DNA of 64,000 nt from assembly GCA_963828195.1 (NCBI GenBank), contig CAWHDT010000001.1, positions 1-64,000 on the forward strand, read 5' to 3'. The notes under the pieces are model-generated. The model did no database searches, was not told the DNA's origin, and worked only from the letters and a program-made list of their open reading frames with translations. Positions 29,764 through 39,671 of the stretch are shown here, piece after piece; positions within the stretch are counted from its first letter, which is position 1, and each line of letters starts with the position of its first letter. The translations under genes and the position numbers were made by a program. Source of the stretch: Candidatus Bathyarchaeota archaeon (GTDB lineage: Archaea; Thermoproteota; Bathyarchaeia; Bathyarchaeales; Bathycorpusculaceae).

Positions 29764-30390
29764 TTGCGAATGATACCAAATCAAGCTACGCCTTTTAACC
29801 GTCGAAGAACTTTAAAAAACGGGGTCTGCTTAGCCCTTCTTTTGGCTCTATCTTTAGCAATCATCTCACTCGCTGCGCCCGCCTTCGCGGACACATGGTC
29901 GCTGTCGGCTAAACCGAACAGAACAAATTATGTTCAGGGAGCATTAGTAACCATCAACGGTACATTGACAGATACGACCACTGGAGCGGCAGGCGTTAGC
30001 TACATCGTTAGTATCTCAGTCTATGACTCAGCCGGCACCTCTGTATACAGTCAAGTTGTCGCCACGGGAACAACAGGCGCATACAGCACACAATTCACTG
30101 TCAGCTCAAATGATCCAAATGGAACTTACAGTATTTTGGCATCGGCAGTCGAAGCTACCACCGGCCAGCAGATAGCAAAAGCCACTGCAACCTTCAGCGT
30201 AGGAACCACTCCAGCGCCCACGCCGTCAACGACGCCGTCTGCAACTCCAACTACCGCGCCGTCAAACTCGTCTACGCCTAAAGTGCCAGAGTTTTCGGCA
30301 AATCTGGTTCTTGCAGCATTAATTGTAACAGCGATTGCGAGTGCTGCAGTGATCAAAACGAGAAAAAGCACGGAAAGAGAACTGCCCTAA
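29764..30390 (+). CDS. Secreted Ig-like domain protein with PEF-CTERM-like signal
   Basis: Signal peptide, beta-rich domain, PT linker, VPEFS + TM + basic tail. Confidence 0.7.
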   Translation: MRMIPNQATPFNRRRTLKNGVCLALLLALSLAIISLAAPAFADTWSLSAKPNRTNYVQGALVTINGTLTDTTTGAAGVSYIVSISVYDSAGTSVYSQVVATGTTGAYSTQFTVSSNDPNGTYSILASAVEATTGQQIAKATATFSVGTTPAPTPSTTPSATPTTAPSNSSTPKVPEFSANLVLAALIVTAIASAAVIKTRKSTERELP

Positions 30391-30589
30391 CTGAAGTCAA
30401 CGGGAAACTGGTGCGGTCGCCAGGTTGCAATAGAAAACAGGTTCAAAACCATGTGTGCACGGTTTTTTGCGCTGATCAGCAAGGATCGGACATATTAAAG
30501 CGAAGAAAATACGAAATCGACTAGACACACACTGCCAAAAAATTTGTCCTAATTAACATTCCCAACCTAGCTGTGTCGGAAAAATAGGC

Positions 30590-31342
30590 TCATGTTGGGT
30601 AGCAGGGTTTTCCTTTGTCCCAATAGTAAAGGAAAAGATCTCTTGCCCAGTTTACGAACGCTTGGTCTTTGCTTTGGAAGGCAGCGTAGTCCATTCTTCC
30701 TTCGGTTGAAGGAAAGCACAGAGCAGCTTCTTTTTCCGTGCAAACTATTGATATTGGAATCTCGGTGAGAGTTCTGAGTTCAATATGTGGCGCTTCTCCA
30801 GGAACATGATTGAAGTTGGGAAGCAAGCTTTCGCAACCCATGAACTTGAATTTGACGCCTTTGGATATTGGGTCCGTCATCGCTGGACCTAACGATTCTA
30901 GGCGTTTTTCGCCAATCGCCCATGCATACTTCTCGGCTTCGCTAAACAGGTGACATGCTCTGTTCATGTTCTCAATCGTGTCCATGCAAAGTGTGCTATT
31001 CGAAAGCTCGCCTATCCTGTTTACAAACTGGTATGGAAGTCGCCAAACGTCGTGATTTAGAAAGTACTCTTTATGCTCGAAGGTAAATTCGAGTGATTGA
31101 AGAAGCCGCAGAGTCAGTTTGCCGTAGTTTGTAATTCCATACGTTCCGTCAGGAAGCCTCTGAACCAGGCGTGCTTCGGTTAGATGTTGTAGCTGTCTGA
31201 AGGCTTCTGTGGCTGTAAGATCCAGTTTCCCGCCTAACTCATTATTTTTGAGATTTTGTTCTTTTAGCTCGCGTATTATGCCGATCCTGCTCTCACTTGC
31301 AAGATCAAAAAATAACTTTTCTATTCCTTCGCCTTTTTCCAT
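30590..31342 (-). CDS. Archaeal winged-helix transcriptional regulator (ArsR-like HTH + C-terminal effector domain)
   Basis: LFFDLASESR..I...L, RQLQHL..A.LV, YF..HD...LP, W..DLF.YYW. Confidence 0.8.
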   Translation of the reverse strand: MEKGEGIEKLFFDLASESRIGIIRELKEQNLKNNELGGKLDLTATEAFRQLQHLTEARLVQRLPDGTYGITNYGKLTLRLLQSLEFTFEHKEYFLNHDVWRLPYQFVNRIGELSNSTLCMDTIENMNRACHLFSEAEKYAWAIGEKRLESLGPAMTDPISKGVKFKFMGCESLLPNFNHVPGEAPHIELRTLTEIPISIVCTEKEAALCFPSTEGRMDYAAFQSKDQAFVNWARDLFLYYWDKGKPCYPT

Positions 31343-31349
31343 GCTCCAT

Positions 31350-31423
31350 CACCGATGATAACGACGACACATCGTTGTATACCAATACACATGCCCGTCA
31401 AATAAGACTAATGGGTATTAGCG
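31350..31423 (+). promoter_or_regulatory. Duplicated promoter/operator, copy 1
   Basis: 28 bp CGTCAAATAAGACTAATGGGTATTAGCG (31396-31423) identical to 34926-34953; similarity extends upstream. Confidence 0.75.
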
Positions 31424-31450
31424 GCTCTAAACATTCTGAGGAAAACGAAA

Positions 31451-32461
31451 ATGATGAATGAGTCGATAATTGAAGTCAAGAACCTCACGAAAATGTTCGA
31501 CAAGTTCACAGCTGTAGATGACATTTCATTTGATGTCAAGAAAGGCGAAATCTTCGGTTTACTGGGGCCTAACGGAGCAGGCAAAAGTACAACCTTGCGC
31601 ATGCTCTCCACTTTAGCGAGGCCTACAAAAGGAACCGCAACAATAGGCGGCTACGATATTGTCAAAGACGATACTAAAGTGCGTCAACTCATCGGTATTG
31701 TCTCTGAAAAAATGATAATGTACAACCGCCTAACTGCCAGAGAGAACCTTTGGTTTTTCGGTTGCCTCTTCGGCATACCTAAGGAAGTCTTAACCAAGCG
31801 TATTGATGAACTTTTGGAGATGGTGCAGTTGACCCGCTGGAAGAGCAGTCAAGTGGGAACGTTTTCCACTGGTATGCGGCAGAGGATGAATGTGATTCGA
31901 GCGTTACTTAACGCGCCTCAAGTGCTTTATTTGGATGAGCCAACGCTGGGCTTAGATCCCCAATCCTCCGTTGAAATCAGGGAATTCGTCAAGAAGCTAA
32001 ACAGGGAAAACGGCACAACCGTCGTCTTGACCACACACATGATGGTGGACGCCGATTTAATGTGTGAACGCATAGCCATCGTCGACCACGGAAAAGTGGT
32101 AGCGTTAGACACTTCAGCCAACTTGAAAAAAACCATTTCAGGAAAAGACACAACCATAGTAAAACTTACAATACCTAACCTCTCATCAAATCTTTTGGAG
32201 AAACTTCAGGCGCTTAACTGCGCGGATTCCGTGACTCAAGAGAGTGAAACCGAACTAAAGTTTTTGGTTCATGGAGAAGACGCGTTCGATAACATCATTG
32301 ACGCCACGAGGGCAAACAGTGGAAAAATAAGCTCCATGGAAAACCTGCAGCCAACCCTTGAAGACGTATTCCTGCACATTACCGGCCATCAGGTACGTGA
32401 CAGCGCAGACCAGAAAATTCCCATGGGACATAACAGTTTTCAACAAGGGAGAATCAGGTGA
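31451..32461 (+). CDS. ABC-2 exporter ATP-binding subunit
   Basis: GPNGAGKST, FSTGMRQR, YLDEPT, TTH. Confidence 0.92.
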   Translation: MMNESIIEVKNLTKMFDKFTAVDDISFDVKKGEIFGLLGPNGAGKSTTLRMLSTLARPTKGTATIGGYDIVKDDTKVRQLIGIVSEKMIMYNRLTARENLWFFGCLFGIPKEVLTKRIDELLEMVQLTRWKSSQVGTFSTGMRQRMNVIRALLNAPQVLYLDEPTLGLDPQSSVEIREFVKKLNRENGTTVVLTTHMMVDADLMCERIAIVDHGKVVALDTSANLKKTISGKDTTIVKLTIPNLSSNLLEKLQALNCADSVTQESETELKFLVHGEDAFDNIIDATRANSGKISSMENLQPTLEDVFLHITGHQVRDSADQKIPMGHNSFQQGRIR

Positions 32462-33648
32462 GAAGTATGGCCGCAAAAGATCTTTCAAACTCTTTCAGAA
32501 TTGCCTGGAAAGACTTAACTGACCTTTTCAGAAATCACTTAGGCTTGGCTTTGCTCGTGTTGATGCCTCTCTTCATGATGGTTTTAGTTGGCTTGATTTA
32601 TCCATCCACGGGAACAGTGACTAACCTGCAAGTCGGAATAGTTAACAACGATTCAGGCTTTAACAATTCAACGGTTATGAGCCAAAGTTTAATCACGGGA
32701 CTGCAGCAAATTAACAGTCAAACCCATATTTTGGTCCTCTCCAACGTTACCAACGTAGCAAATATAGATGACATGATTAAGAAGGGGGATCTTGAGGGCG
32801 GAATTATCATTCCCAGCAACTTCTCATCAAGCACGATGACCGGGCAGCAAGGCACCATAATAATCGTCAGCGACGAGTCTAACCCCCAAGTATCAGCGGC
32901 CCTTCAGGGTGAATTGAAAACTGTCTTCGGTGACATGGGTACTGCTTTGGCACAGCAGAAAGTTCAGCCTCTCAATGCAACGGATACTCTGGCAGTCGTT
33001 CAACCATATGACGTGCAAACTCAAGGAGTCATCGCAGGCAACCCCACCTACTTTAGTTTTGTTGCTCCAGGAATAATGGCTCTCACTGTCACGATGAGTG
33101 TCATGACTGGGCTGCCAGTTGCTATTTCGCAGGAAAAAGAACTTGGCACGATGGATGGCATAATGGCGGCTCCAATCAAGAGGCTCTCCATAATCTTCGG
33201 TAAAGCTCTTGGGCAAACTGCAAGAGGAATGATTCAAGGAACAATTGTGCTTCTATTGGCCGTGGGCTTATTTGGAGTAACGATTCAAGGAAGCATCCTG
33301 CTCGTATTTGCGCTGCTTATACTGGGAGTGTTCGCCTTCGTTGGCTTAGGCATTGTAATAACCTCAGTTGCGAAAGACCAACAAACCGCGCAGATGCTGC
33401 TGATGACAATAAGTTTTCCAATGATGTTCCTAAGCGGCGTCTTCTTCCCCATCCAGCAAATGCCCTGGTACATGCAAGACGTCTCAAAGATTCTTCCGCT
33501 TACCTACGAGGCGCAAGCGCTCAGACAAGTCATGGTGCTTGGCGCAGGAATATCCGACATAACCACTGAACTGATAGTACTGATAGTGTTCGGTGCAGTC
33601 ATGATGGCTATTGCAGTGCCAGTGTTCAGGAGACTGATGACCCGATAG
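32458..33648 (+). CDS. ABC-2 exporter permease
   Basis: TM helices, FVAPGIMA, EKELGT, FLSGVFFP. Confidence 0.9.
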   Translation: MRSMAAKDLSNSFRIAWKDLTDLFRNHLGLALLVLMPLFMMVLVGLIYPSTGTVTNLQVGIVNNDSGFNNSTVMSQSLITGLQQINSQTHILVLSNVTNVANIDDMIKKGDLEGGIIIPSNFSSSTMTGQQGTIIIVSDESNPQVSAALQGELKTVFGDMGTALAQQKVQPLNATDTLAVVQPYDVQTQGVIAGNPTYFSFVAPGIMALTVTMSVMTGLPVAISQEKELGTMDGIMAAPIKRLSIIFGKALGQTARGMIQGTIVLLLAVGLFGVTIQGSILLVFALLILGVFAFVGLGIVITSVAKDQQTAQMLLMTISFPMMFLSGVFFPIQQMPWYMQDVSKILPLTYEAQALRQVMVLGAGISDITTELIVLIVFGAVMMAIAVPVFRRLMTR

Positions 33649-33796
33649 GATCTGCTGGTGAGGAAAACTTGAGCGTGCCCCACAAACCAAGTCAAAAAGA
33701 ATTAATCTTCTTTTTTCTCTGCGGAATCCCTCTGAGTTTTCCTAATGCTTTTTTTAGCAGTTTTCGGCGCACTATGATTTTTTAGAATTGACAGAC

Positions 33797-34333
33797 TCAT
33801 TTGACAATCAGTACGGCGCATCCTGCATGGTGGGCAACTCTTTCACATGTGCTGCCGAGAAAAAGTTCTTTGGTTTTGCTGTGACCTAAGACTATTAAAT
33901 CAATTTCGCTGTTGGCAGCTGTCTCAATTATCTGGGATGGCGGATATCCTTCCTTGAGCTGGGCGGTGATTTTAAGGGCAGGCTTTAGTTTGGTCGCCCT
34001 TTCAGTAGCTTTGGACAAAACATTCTCATGCATCTTTTTAAGGTCATTGATTACTGAGGGATAATCTATTGACTCTTGAGGGTATCCAGATGCTTGAGGC
34101 TTCGGAAACATGTTAAGATATTCAAAATCTGGAGGAGGCTGAAAAACGTTGAGTACCAGAACAGAGGCGGAAAACTTGTCAGCGACTTCAAGAGCATAAT
34201 CCAAAGCTTTTTCCGAATTTTCAGAACCATCTACTCCTACAAGAATCTTCGTTATCAAACTTGGTTCCCTTAGGTTTAATTTGCGATTGAAGCTCATAGG
34301 CATTTCGAAGCAGGCGGAAATTATCAGAACCAA
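33797..34333 (-). CDS. Universal stress protein
   Basis: KILVGVDGSENS..AL, DLIVLG, LGST..RVAHHA.CAVLIVK; true start probably further downstream. Confidence 0.88.
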   Translation of the reverse strand: MVLIISACFEMPMSFNRKLNLREPSLITKILVGVDGSENSEKALDYALEVADKFSASVLVLNVFQPPPDFEYLNMFPKPQASGYPQESIDYPSVINDLKKMHENVLSKATERATKLKPALKITAQLKEGYPPSQIIETAANSEIDLIVLGHSKTKELFLGSTCERVAHHAGCAVLIVK

Positions 34334-34362
34334 AAAAATTAAAAAATTTTAGATCACTGGTC

Positions 34363-34761
34363 TTAATTATCGCCAGTTAAGATGATCCCTTTTATTTCTT
34401 GGATAATTCCTTTTTCTACCTCACGAGTCCACAACATTTCCGGCACGTCAACGCTGAGAAACAGCAAAGGCGTTAAGACGGCTTCAACTGTTGCCACTGC
34501 CAAATTCTGAATCCACTTGCCAATGCCTACGTGGATTGAGAAATCATTCGGCCGCCCCGTTATCAGGATGCTAAAGGCCCTGTCCGCAGTAATGATATCC
34601 CTCAAAATCCCTGCTTTTTGCGCTTGTATAATTATTCCCATATGCTTAATGGTGGATTGGGTCTTGTATTCTTTGGCTGTTAACTGTTGAATGATCTGTT
34701 GTGATAATAGGTTCAGGTCCTTGTTTTTTCCTTGAAAATGTATTGTTTTTTCGGATACCAA
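34363..34761 (-). CDS. Hypothetical protein
   Basis: 132-aa ORF with globular composition. Confidence 0.6.
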   Translation of the reverse strand: MVSEKTIHFQGKNKDLNLLSQQIIQQLTAKEYKTQSTIKHMGIIIQAQKAGILRDIITADRAFSILITGRPNDFSIHVGIGKWIQNLAVATVEAVLTPLLFLSVDVPEMLWTREVEKGIIQEIKGIILTGDN

Positions 34762-34879
34762 ATTAGAAACCGCAACATTCAGTAGAGATAGAGACTAATT
34801 AATAGTTTTTCATAAGAGGCTCTGTCTCCAAATTTCTTTAAGTTGTTTGAAACGTGAAGCCTTCTTGTTCAAGCTTCGC

Positions 34880-34953
34880 TATCGATGTTAACGCAGACAC
34901 ATTGTTGTTTGCCAGTACACATTTTCGTCAAATAAGACTAATGGGTATTAGCG
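34880..34953 (+). promoter_or_regulatory. Duplicated promoter/operator, copy 2
   Basis: 28 bp identical to 31396-31423. Confidence 0.75.
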
Positions 34954-34966
34954 ACCTATTTGCATT

Positions 34967-35248
34967 TTGAAGGAAATAGAAATGGCGAATGAAAACAAAC
35001 CAATGGAAAAAGAACGCTCTTTCTCGATTGAACTAAAATCAAAAGACAACCTCAAAAACATCACACTAAACAATGCCTCCCAGGAAAATGCCCTTATCGA
35101 AGGAACAATAGGCAAACTGGAACACGCCCAATTCGTCGAGGACTCAGTTTTGGAAGTCCAAGGCAAAAAAGGCGTTTTGAGAATTGACATTAGCGAAAAC
35201 GAAATCAAAAGAAAAGGAAAAAAAGAAACGAATACTCTAGACAATTAG
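34967..35248 (+). CDS. Hypothetical protein
   Basis: ORF directly downstream of the duplicated promoter; SFSIELKSK...IEGTIGKL...LEVQG..GVLRIDI. Confidence 0.65.
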   Translation: MKEIEMANENKPMEKERSFSIELKSKDNLKNITLNNASQENALIEGTIGKLEHAQFVEDSVLEVQGKKGVLRIDISENEIKRKGKKETNTLDN

Positions 35249-35272
35249 GCAGAAAAGGAGGCGAAAATAACA

Positions 35273-36064
35273 ATGGAAAGAATGGTGGTTGTAGTTTTTG
35301 AGAACGAGCTAAAAGCGTATGACGGATCTAGAGCGCTAAAGGCGCTTGATTCAGAAGGAAGCATTTCTATTCACGCCGAAGCTGTGATAAAGAAAAATGA
35401 TGACGGCACCGTTACCATAAAGCAGAAGGGAGACGAATTTCCGATTCGTACACTCGGTGGAACGACAGTCGGTGCTTTGATTGGGCTTCTGGGAGGCCCA
35501 ATCGGGTTGGCTGTTGGCGTCGTGGCTGGGACTTTTGCCGGAGGCGCTTGGGATATAAACCGGGCTGGAGTCAATTCGGATTTCCTAAATGATGTGTCGG
35601 CTAAACTTACACCTGGCAAATGGGCGATAGTTGCAGAAATCAGCGAAGACTGGGTCACCCCCGTCAACACCCAAATGGAAGCGCTTGGTGGCACCGTATT
35701 TCGCACTGCGCGAAGAAGCGTTGAACACGAACAATACGCCAAAGACGTGGCAGCTATCAAAGCGGACATTGCCCAGTTGAAGGCAGAGCAAGCTAAGTCG
35801 CAGGCAGACCAAAAGGTCAAGCTTCAGACCAAGATTGACAACATGGATAAAAAACTGCATGCAAAGTTGGAGCAAGCGAAGCAGACGTCAGAGCAGCAAA
35901 AGAAAGAAGCCAAAGCTAAAGCGGATGCCTTAGAAAAGAAAGGGGCAAAAGCGAAGGGTGAAGCAAAAGCGAAAATTGATGCAAGGATCGCCGAGATCAA
36001 AGCGAGGGAGAAAAAATCCTCAGATGACTTTGACAAGTGGTTAAACGGAGAAGAGCTCACATGA
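35273..36064 (+). CDS. DUF1269-like glycine-zipper membrane protein with coiled-coil tail
   Basis: MVVVVF, AVIKK..DG, GALIGLLGGPIGLAVG, LTPGKWAIV, GG.VFRT. Confidence 0.75.
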   Translation: MERMVVVVFENELKAYDGSRALKALDSEGSISIHAEAVIKKNDDGTVTIKQKGDEFPIRTLGGTTVGALIGLLGGPIGLAVGVVAGTFAGGAWDINRAGVNSDFLNDVSAKLTPGKWAIVAEISEDWVTPVNTQMEALGGTVFRTARRSVEHEQYAKDVAAIKADIAQLKAEQAKSQADQKVKLQTKIDNMDKKLHAKLEQAKQTSEQQKKEAKAKADALEKKGAKAKGEAKAKIDARIAEIKAREKKSSDDFDKWLNGEELT

Positions 36065-36143
36065 GTGGGTGGAAAAACAAGGTGCTCGCTAATGCCACTC
36101 GCATGCTTACTTGCGTCATCAATAGTATGGGAGGTGAAAAAGT

Positions 36144-36635
36144 TTGACTGATATGGTCGTACTTGCTTTTGATAGTGAAGGTGGAGCAGACATGGGACGT
36201 GAAAAGCTAGTAGAGCTAGACAACGAATACGAGCTTAACCTCGTTAATGCGGTTGAAGTTGTTAGGCACAAAGATGGCAAAATCAAGGTAAAGGATATTC
36301 GCAGCCTAAGCGGCATCGGAGCATTAGGCGGGGCTTTCTGGGGAACACTTTTCGGTCTTCTGTTTCTCGTGCCAGCCCTCGGACTCGCCGTCGGAGCAGT
36401 CTCAGGCGCCGTCGCAGGCCACTTTGCACACTTTGGCGTCACCAAAGATTATTTGAAGCAGATAGAAGCCTCAGTGGTACCGGGAACCTCAGCTCTTGCA
36501 ATCCTAGCCGCAAACGTTACCGTTGACAAGGTCGTTCAGAAGCTTAGTCCACTTCATCCGAAAGTTATTCGCAGTTCACTATCAACTGAACAAGAAGCAA
36601 AACTAAACGAAGCCTTCGGCTCAATCACAAAGTAA
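36144..36635 (+). CDS. DUF1269-like membrane protein
   Basis: GALGGAFWGTLFGLLFLVP.LGLAVGA, PGTSAL, VIRSSLS.EQE.KL. Confidence 0.8.
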   Translation: MTDMVVLAFDSEGGADMGREKLVELDNEYELNLVNAVEVVRHKDGKIKVKDIRSLSGIGALGGAFWGTLFGLLFLVPALGLAVGAVSGAVAGHFAHFGVTKDYLKQIEASVVPGTSALAILAANVTVDKVVQKLSPLHPKVIRSSLSTEQEAKLNEAFGSITK

Positions 36636-36724
36636 CACCATCAGAAAATCTAAACACCCAAGAAATCAAGATTCTTGGATCCCCATTTTCTTTGTAGTTA
36701 ACATGAGAAGTAATCGACATTGGA

Positions 36725-37414
36725 GTGATACTTACGCGTACACGAGTTTCAAGCCAAAATAAAATAACCAATAATTATATTCAAAAAGTATATCTCTGGA
36801 TGTTCGCAGGCTTAATTATAACCAGCATTACGGCCTATTTGGTTTCCCAGTATCCAGACTTCTACAATGTGATATTGGGTAATGACATTATTTTCTATGG
36901 GGTATTAATCGCACAGTTTTTAGCTATCGTCAGCATAGCTGCTTTCATAAAGAGAATACCCGATAATCTTGCGGAAATTACGTTTGGACTGTACTGCTTC
37001 CTTACTGGCCTTACTCTTTCAATAATTTTTTTGGATTTTTCAATAAGCTCCATAGCTTACGCGATTTTGATTGCAGCCGCTATGTTCGGCTTTATGAGTC
37101 TTTATGGTTACGTAACTAAAACAGATCTTACCTCGGTAGGTAGCATTTTAACAATGTGTTTATTTGGGATTATTTCAGCATTGATCGTTAATTTGTTTAT
37201 TATGAATTCGCTTCTTGACACAATACTTAGCATTTTGGGCGTCCTCGTTTTTTCTGGTTTTGCAGCACACGACACGCAAAACGTCAAGAATACTCTAATG
37301 TATGGCGATGGTGATCTTATAAAGAAAGAAATACTTGGCGCCCTCAACCTCTATTTGGATTTCGTAAATCTCTTCTTGGACCTCCTCAATTTATTTGGAA
37401 AAAGGAGAGATTAG
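36725..37414 (+). CDS. Bax inhibitor-1/YccA family membrane protein
   Basis: KVYLWMFAGL, YGYVTKTDL, HDTQ, ALNLYLDFVNLF. Confidence 0.88.
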   Translation: MILTRTRVSSQNKITNNYIQKVYLWMFAGLIITSITAYLVSQYPDFYNVILGNDIIFYGVLIAQFLAIVSIAAFIKRIPDNLAEITFGLYCFLTGLTLSIIFLDFSISSIAYAILIAAAMFGFMSLYGYVTKTDLTSVGSILTMCLFGIISALIVNLFIMNSLLDTILSILGVLVFSGFAAHDTQNVKNTLMYGDGDLIKKEILGALNLYLDFVNLFLDLLNLFGKRRD

Positions 37415-37569
37415 TCTTTTCTTACGAAGGAAAAGCTTACTTAGGATAAATTAGATGTGCCTCTATAAACTAACTTTCCTTACGAAATTCGAAACCTTAA
37501 ATAGAAAAACCAAAGAGGCATGTAACTGTGAGCCTGCCTTGTTAGTAAAAGTTTTTATGTTAATAATTA

Positions 37570-38112
37570 TTAAGAATTTTTAGGTGATACGGGCGCACGC
37601 ACTTTTCTCTTTTTCATTTCTATTTTTATATTTTTTTCATTGATGAATTCATCTAAAAATTGTTTGAGGTTTTCATGCATCTTTTTTGCCGGTTCTCTAA
37701 GCTTCTCTGTTGCTTCTGCGGGCGGTTGGAAAAAGCCATATTCCGTTAGATAAAAGTTAACGCTTGAATAATCGCCTGCTAAAGCGGAGTCAATAGTTTT
37801 TTTGCCCATTTCACGACAAGCCCAATATCTGTGGTGGCCATCCAAAACGGCGTAAAGGTCTATTCGGGGATGTTTAACGACAATTATGGGATTTATTTTT
37901 TCGTTGTTTGCTATCTTTTTCTTATAGAATTCTACTCCTTCCCTTGAAACCTTTGTATCAGCAACAATTTTCTCAATAGTCAACGGCCGTGAATATTTAC
38001 CGGGATTAATAAAAACGTCTGGATTAAATTCAGGCTTTCTTTTAACAAGACCAAGAATATCTTTTTTGATTGACTCCCAAAGATTTCTTGAAATCTGACG
38101 GAAACTCATCAT
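37570..38112 (-). CDS. ParB/sulfiredoxin-like N-terminal domain protein
   Basis: PIIV....Y.VLDGHHRY.A motif. Confidence 0.78.
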   Translation of the reverse strand: MMSFRQISRNLWESIKKDILGLVKRKPEFNPDVFINPGKYSRPLTIEKIVADTKVSREGVEFYKKKIANNEKINPIIVVKHPRIDLYAVLDGHHRYWACREMGKKTIDSALAGDYSSVNFYLTEYGFFQPPAEATEKLREPAKKMHENLKQFLDEFINEKNIKIEMKKRKVRAPVSPKNS

Positions 38113-38233
38113 ACCATACTTGTCATGCTAATAATTAATTTTTTCCTTGTTTATTAGCGCACCGTAGAAGTTGTTGGCGCGCCATATCAAATCCTGCTTT
38201 GTAACCTTTATTCCAATAATCATCTTCATTCAT

Positions 38234-38461
38234 CTAAATCATTATTCCTGCAATAATAATAGCTATGCCAAGAGCAGTCCTTGCGTATCTTTCTCCGTCG
38301 AACCATGCATTATGATGCTGCCCACCTTTTACAAGTACGCTGCCGACTCCGTCAGCCACTATTGCGAATCCTGAAGCTATAAAGAAATAATTAAAGAAGT
38401 TCATACAAAGCCACCGTACCTGCACGACTAAGTGTTCACATACTGCCCATCGCAAACACAC
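38234..38461 (-). CDS. Small hypothetical membrane protein (real start probably MNFFNY)
   Basis: Two hydrophobic segments. Confidence 0.4.
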   Translation of the reverse strand: MCLRWAVCEHLVVQVRWLCMNFFNYFFIASGFAIVADGVGSVLVKGGQHHNAWFDGERYARTALGIAIIIAGIMI

Positions 38462-38636
38462 TTCTTATGTTAGTTCCTAATCTTACATCTATGTTGAGAT
38501 GCAGCATAGGTAAAAGTTATTTTGGTACACTCGAGTTATCGCGCCGCCCAAATTTAGGAACAACCACGCTCGCTACGTTTCGCATCTTAACGGTATGCGT
38601 CTCTATGGTTTTTGAACTCAGATTCTGGTACGGTTG

Positions 38637-38715
38637 TGGTGCGGTCGCCGGGATTTGAACCCGGGATCATTAGCTTGGAAGGCTAATGTCCTAAACCAGA
38701 CTAGACGACGACCGC
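38637..38715 (-). tRNA. tRNA-Gly (TCC), CCA encoded
   Basis: Acceptor GCGGTCG/CGACCGC-A-CCA, anticodon arm TTAGC-CTTCCAA-GCTAA, T-arm CCGGGTTCAAATCCCGG. Confidence 0.96.
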
Positions 38716-39143
38716 CCTCAATATTGCTTGTATTTCCAATATCTATGCTTGATTTAAGGATATTGCAATCAGCTTTAACTAGGTTTTGAACACTCAGAAG
38801 ATTAGATTGACCAGCATCAGTGTTCAATTGGTCGTTAGTAGAAACTTTGCTGCTTAGCTGATTTTGAACCCACTCTTTAGTTTGCCGGTGATAAGAAAAC
38901 TTTCCCTTGCCAGTTGCCCCTTTCCCTGCATAATGCCTAACTCTATAGTAGTTACCTAATTGCTGAAGATACCTTCTTGCTTACAGACTTCATATATAAT
39001 TCTCATTTTAAGACTAAGAAAGCAGAGAATAAGCTGAGAATATGCTCTGAATGTGTCTTGCTGCCCTTCGGTTTAGTGAGTAGGTTATATTGGATTAGTG
39101 GTCTGGAAAAATCTTAATTTGAACGTTTTTGGTTTTGATTTGT

Positions 39144-39422
39144 TTAGGCGGGTTGTATGATTACGTCATAGATATAGCCTGTTAGGGGTGGTTTTTCTTT
39201 CTGCAGGAGCAATTGGATTATTTCTGGGATAAAAATGCGTCCATCTTTGCCTGTTTTTGCGTAAAAAGACTGCCAGTTGCTGACATAGTCTAGGCGGGTT
39301 ATTTCAACTTTGAAAACTTGGTTTGCTTCTATTTTGAATTGTTCTCGGATGATTTTTGGAATTTGCAGCCTGTTACCTTTCTGGATTATTGTTTTAAACT
39401 CAATTTGTTGCGGAAGAGGCAT
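39144..39422 (-). CDS. AbrB/MazE-like DNA-binding protein (tandem swapped-hairpin motifs)
   Basis: IQKGNRLQIPKIIRE and TGKDGRIFIPE. Confidence 0.7.
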   Translation of the reverse strand: MPLPQQIEFKTIIQKGNRLQIPKIIREQFKIEANQVFKVEITRLDYVSNWQSFYAKTGKDGRIFIPEIIQLLLQKEKPPLTGYIYDVIIQPA

Positions 39423-39438
39423 AACAGTCTGTCTCCTT

Positions 39439-39497
39439 TGACGCGTAGCGACGCACCTTGACGGATAATGACGCGTAGTGACTTTTTAATACGCAAC
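39439..39497. repeat. 10-bp-phased GACG repeats upstream of the AbrB-like gene
   Basis: tgacgcgtag cgacgcacct tgacggataa tgacgcgtag tgacttttta atacgcaac. Confidence 0.65.
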
Positions 39498-39671
39498 CTG
39501 CAAACGATTTAAGCTTTGCCACAAAAAAGCAACCCAAAACAGCCCCTCTACAAAATAAAAATTCAACCGTTGTTGTTCTATCAAAAAAATGAATCCACTA
39601 AAATCTGAGTTGCAGGATGGAATGGTATATCTTACTCCATGAATGGATATACTGTTGGATTGGTTTGGAAG

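Larger units (their letters stand above)
30409..38652. mobile_element. Genomic island at the tRNA-Gly 3' end, bounded by direct repeats, no integrase
   Basis: TGGTGCGGTCGCC(A/G)GG at 30409-30424 and 38637-38652 (15/16); accessory-type cargo between. Confidence 0.65.

Noticed and set aside
37570-38112. Plasmid partition or defence system around the ParB-like gene
   Set aside because: No ParA, HTH domain, or nuclease/methylase partner nearby
38618-38827. 69-aa ORF overlapping tRNA-Gly
   Set aside because: Spurious translation through the tRNA gene
39021-39053. Three degenerate 11-bp tandem repeats (AGCAGAGAATA-like)
   Set aside because: Too short and degenerate to assign any function
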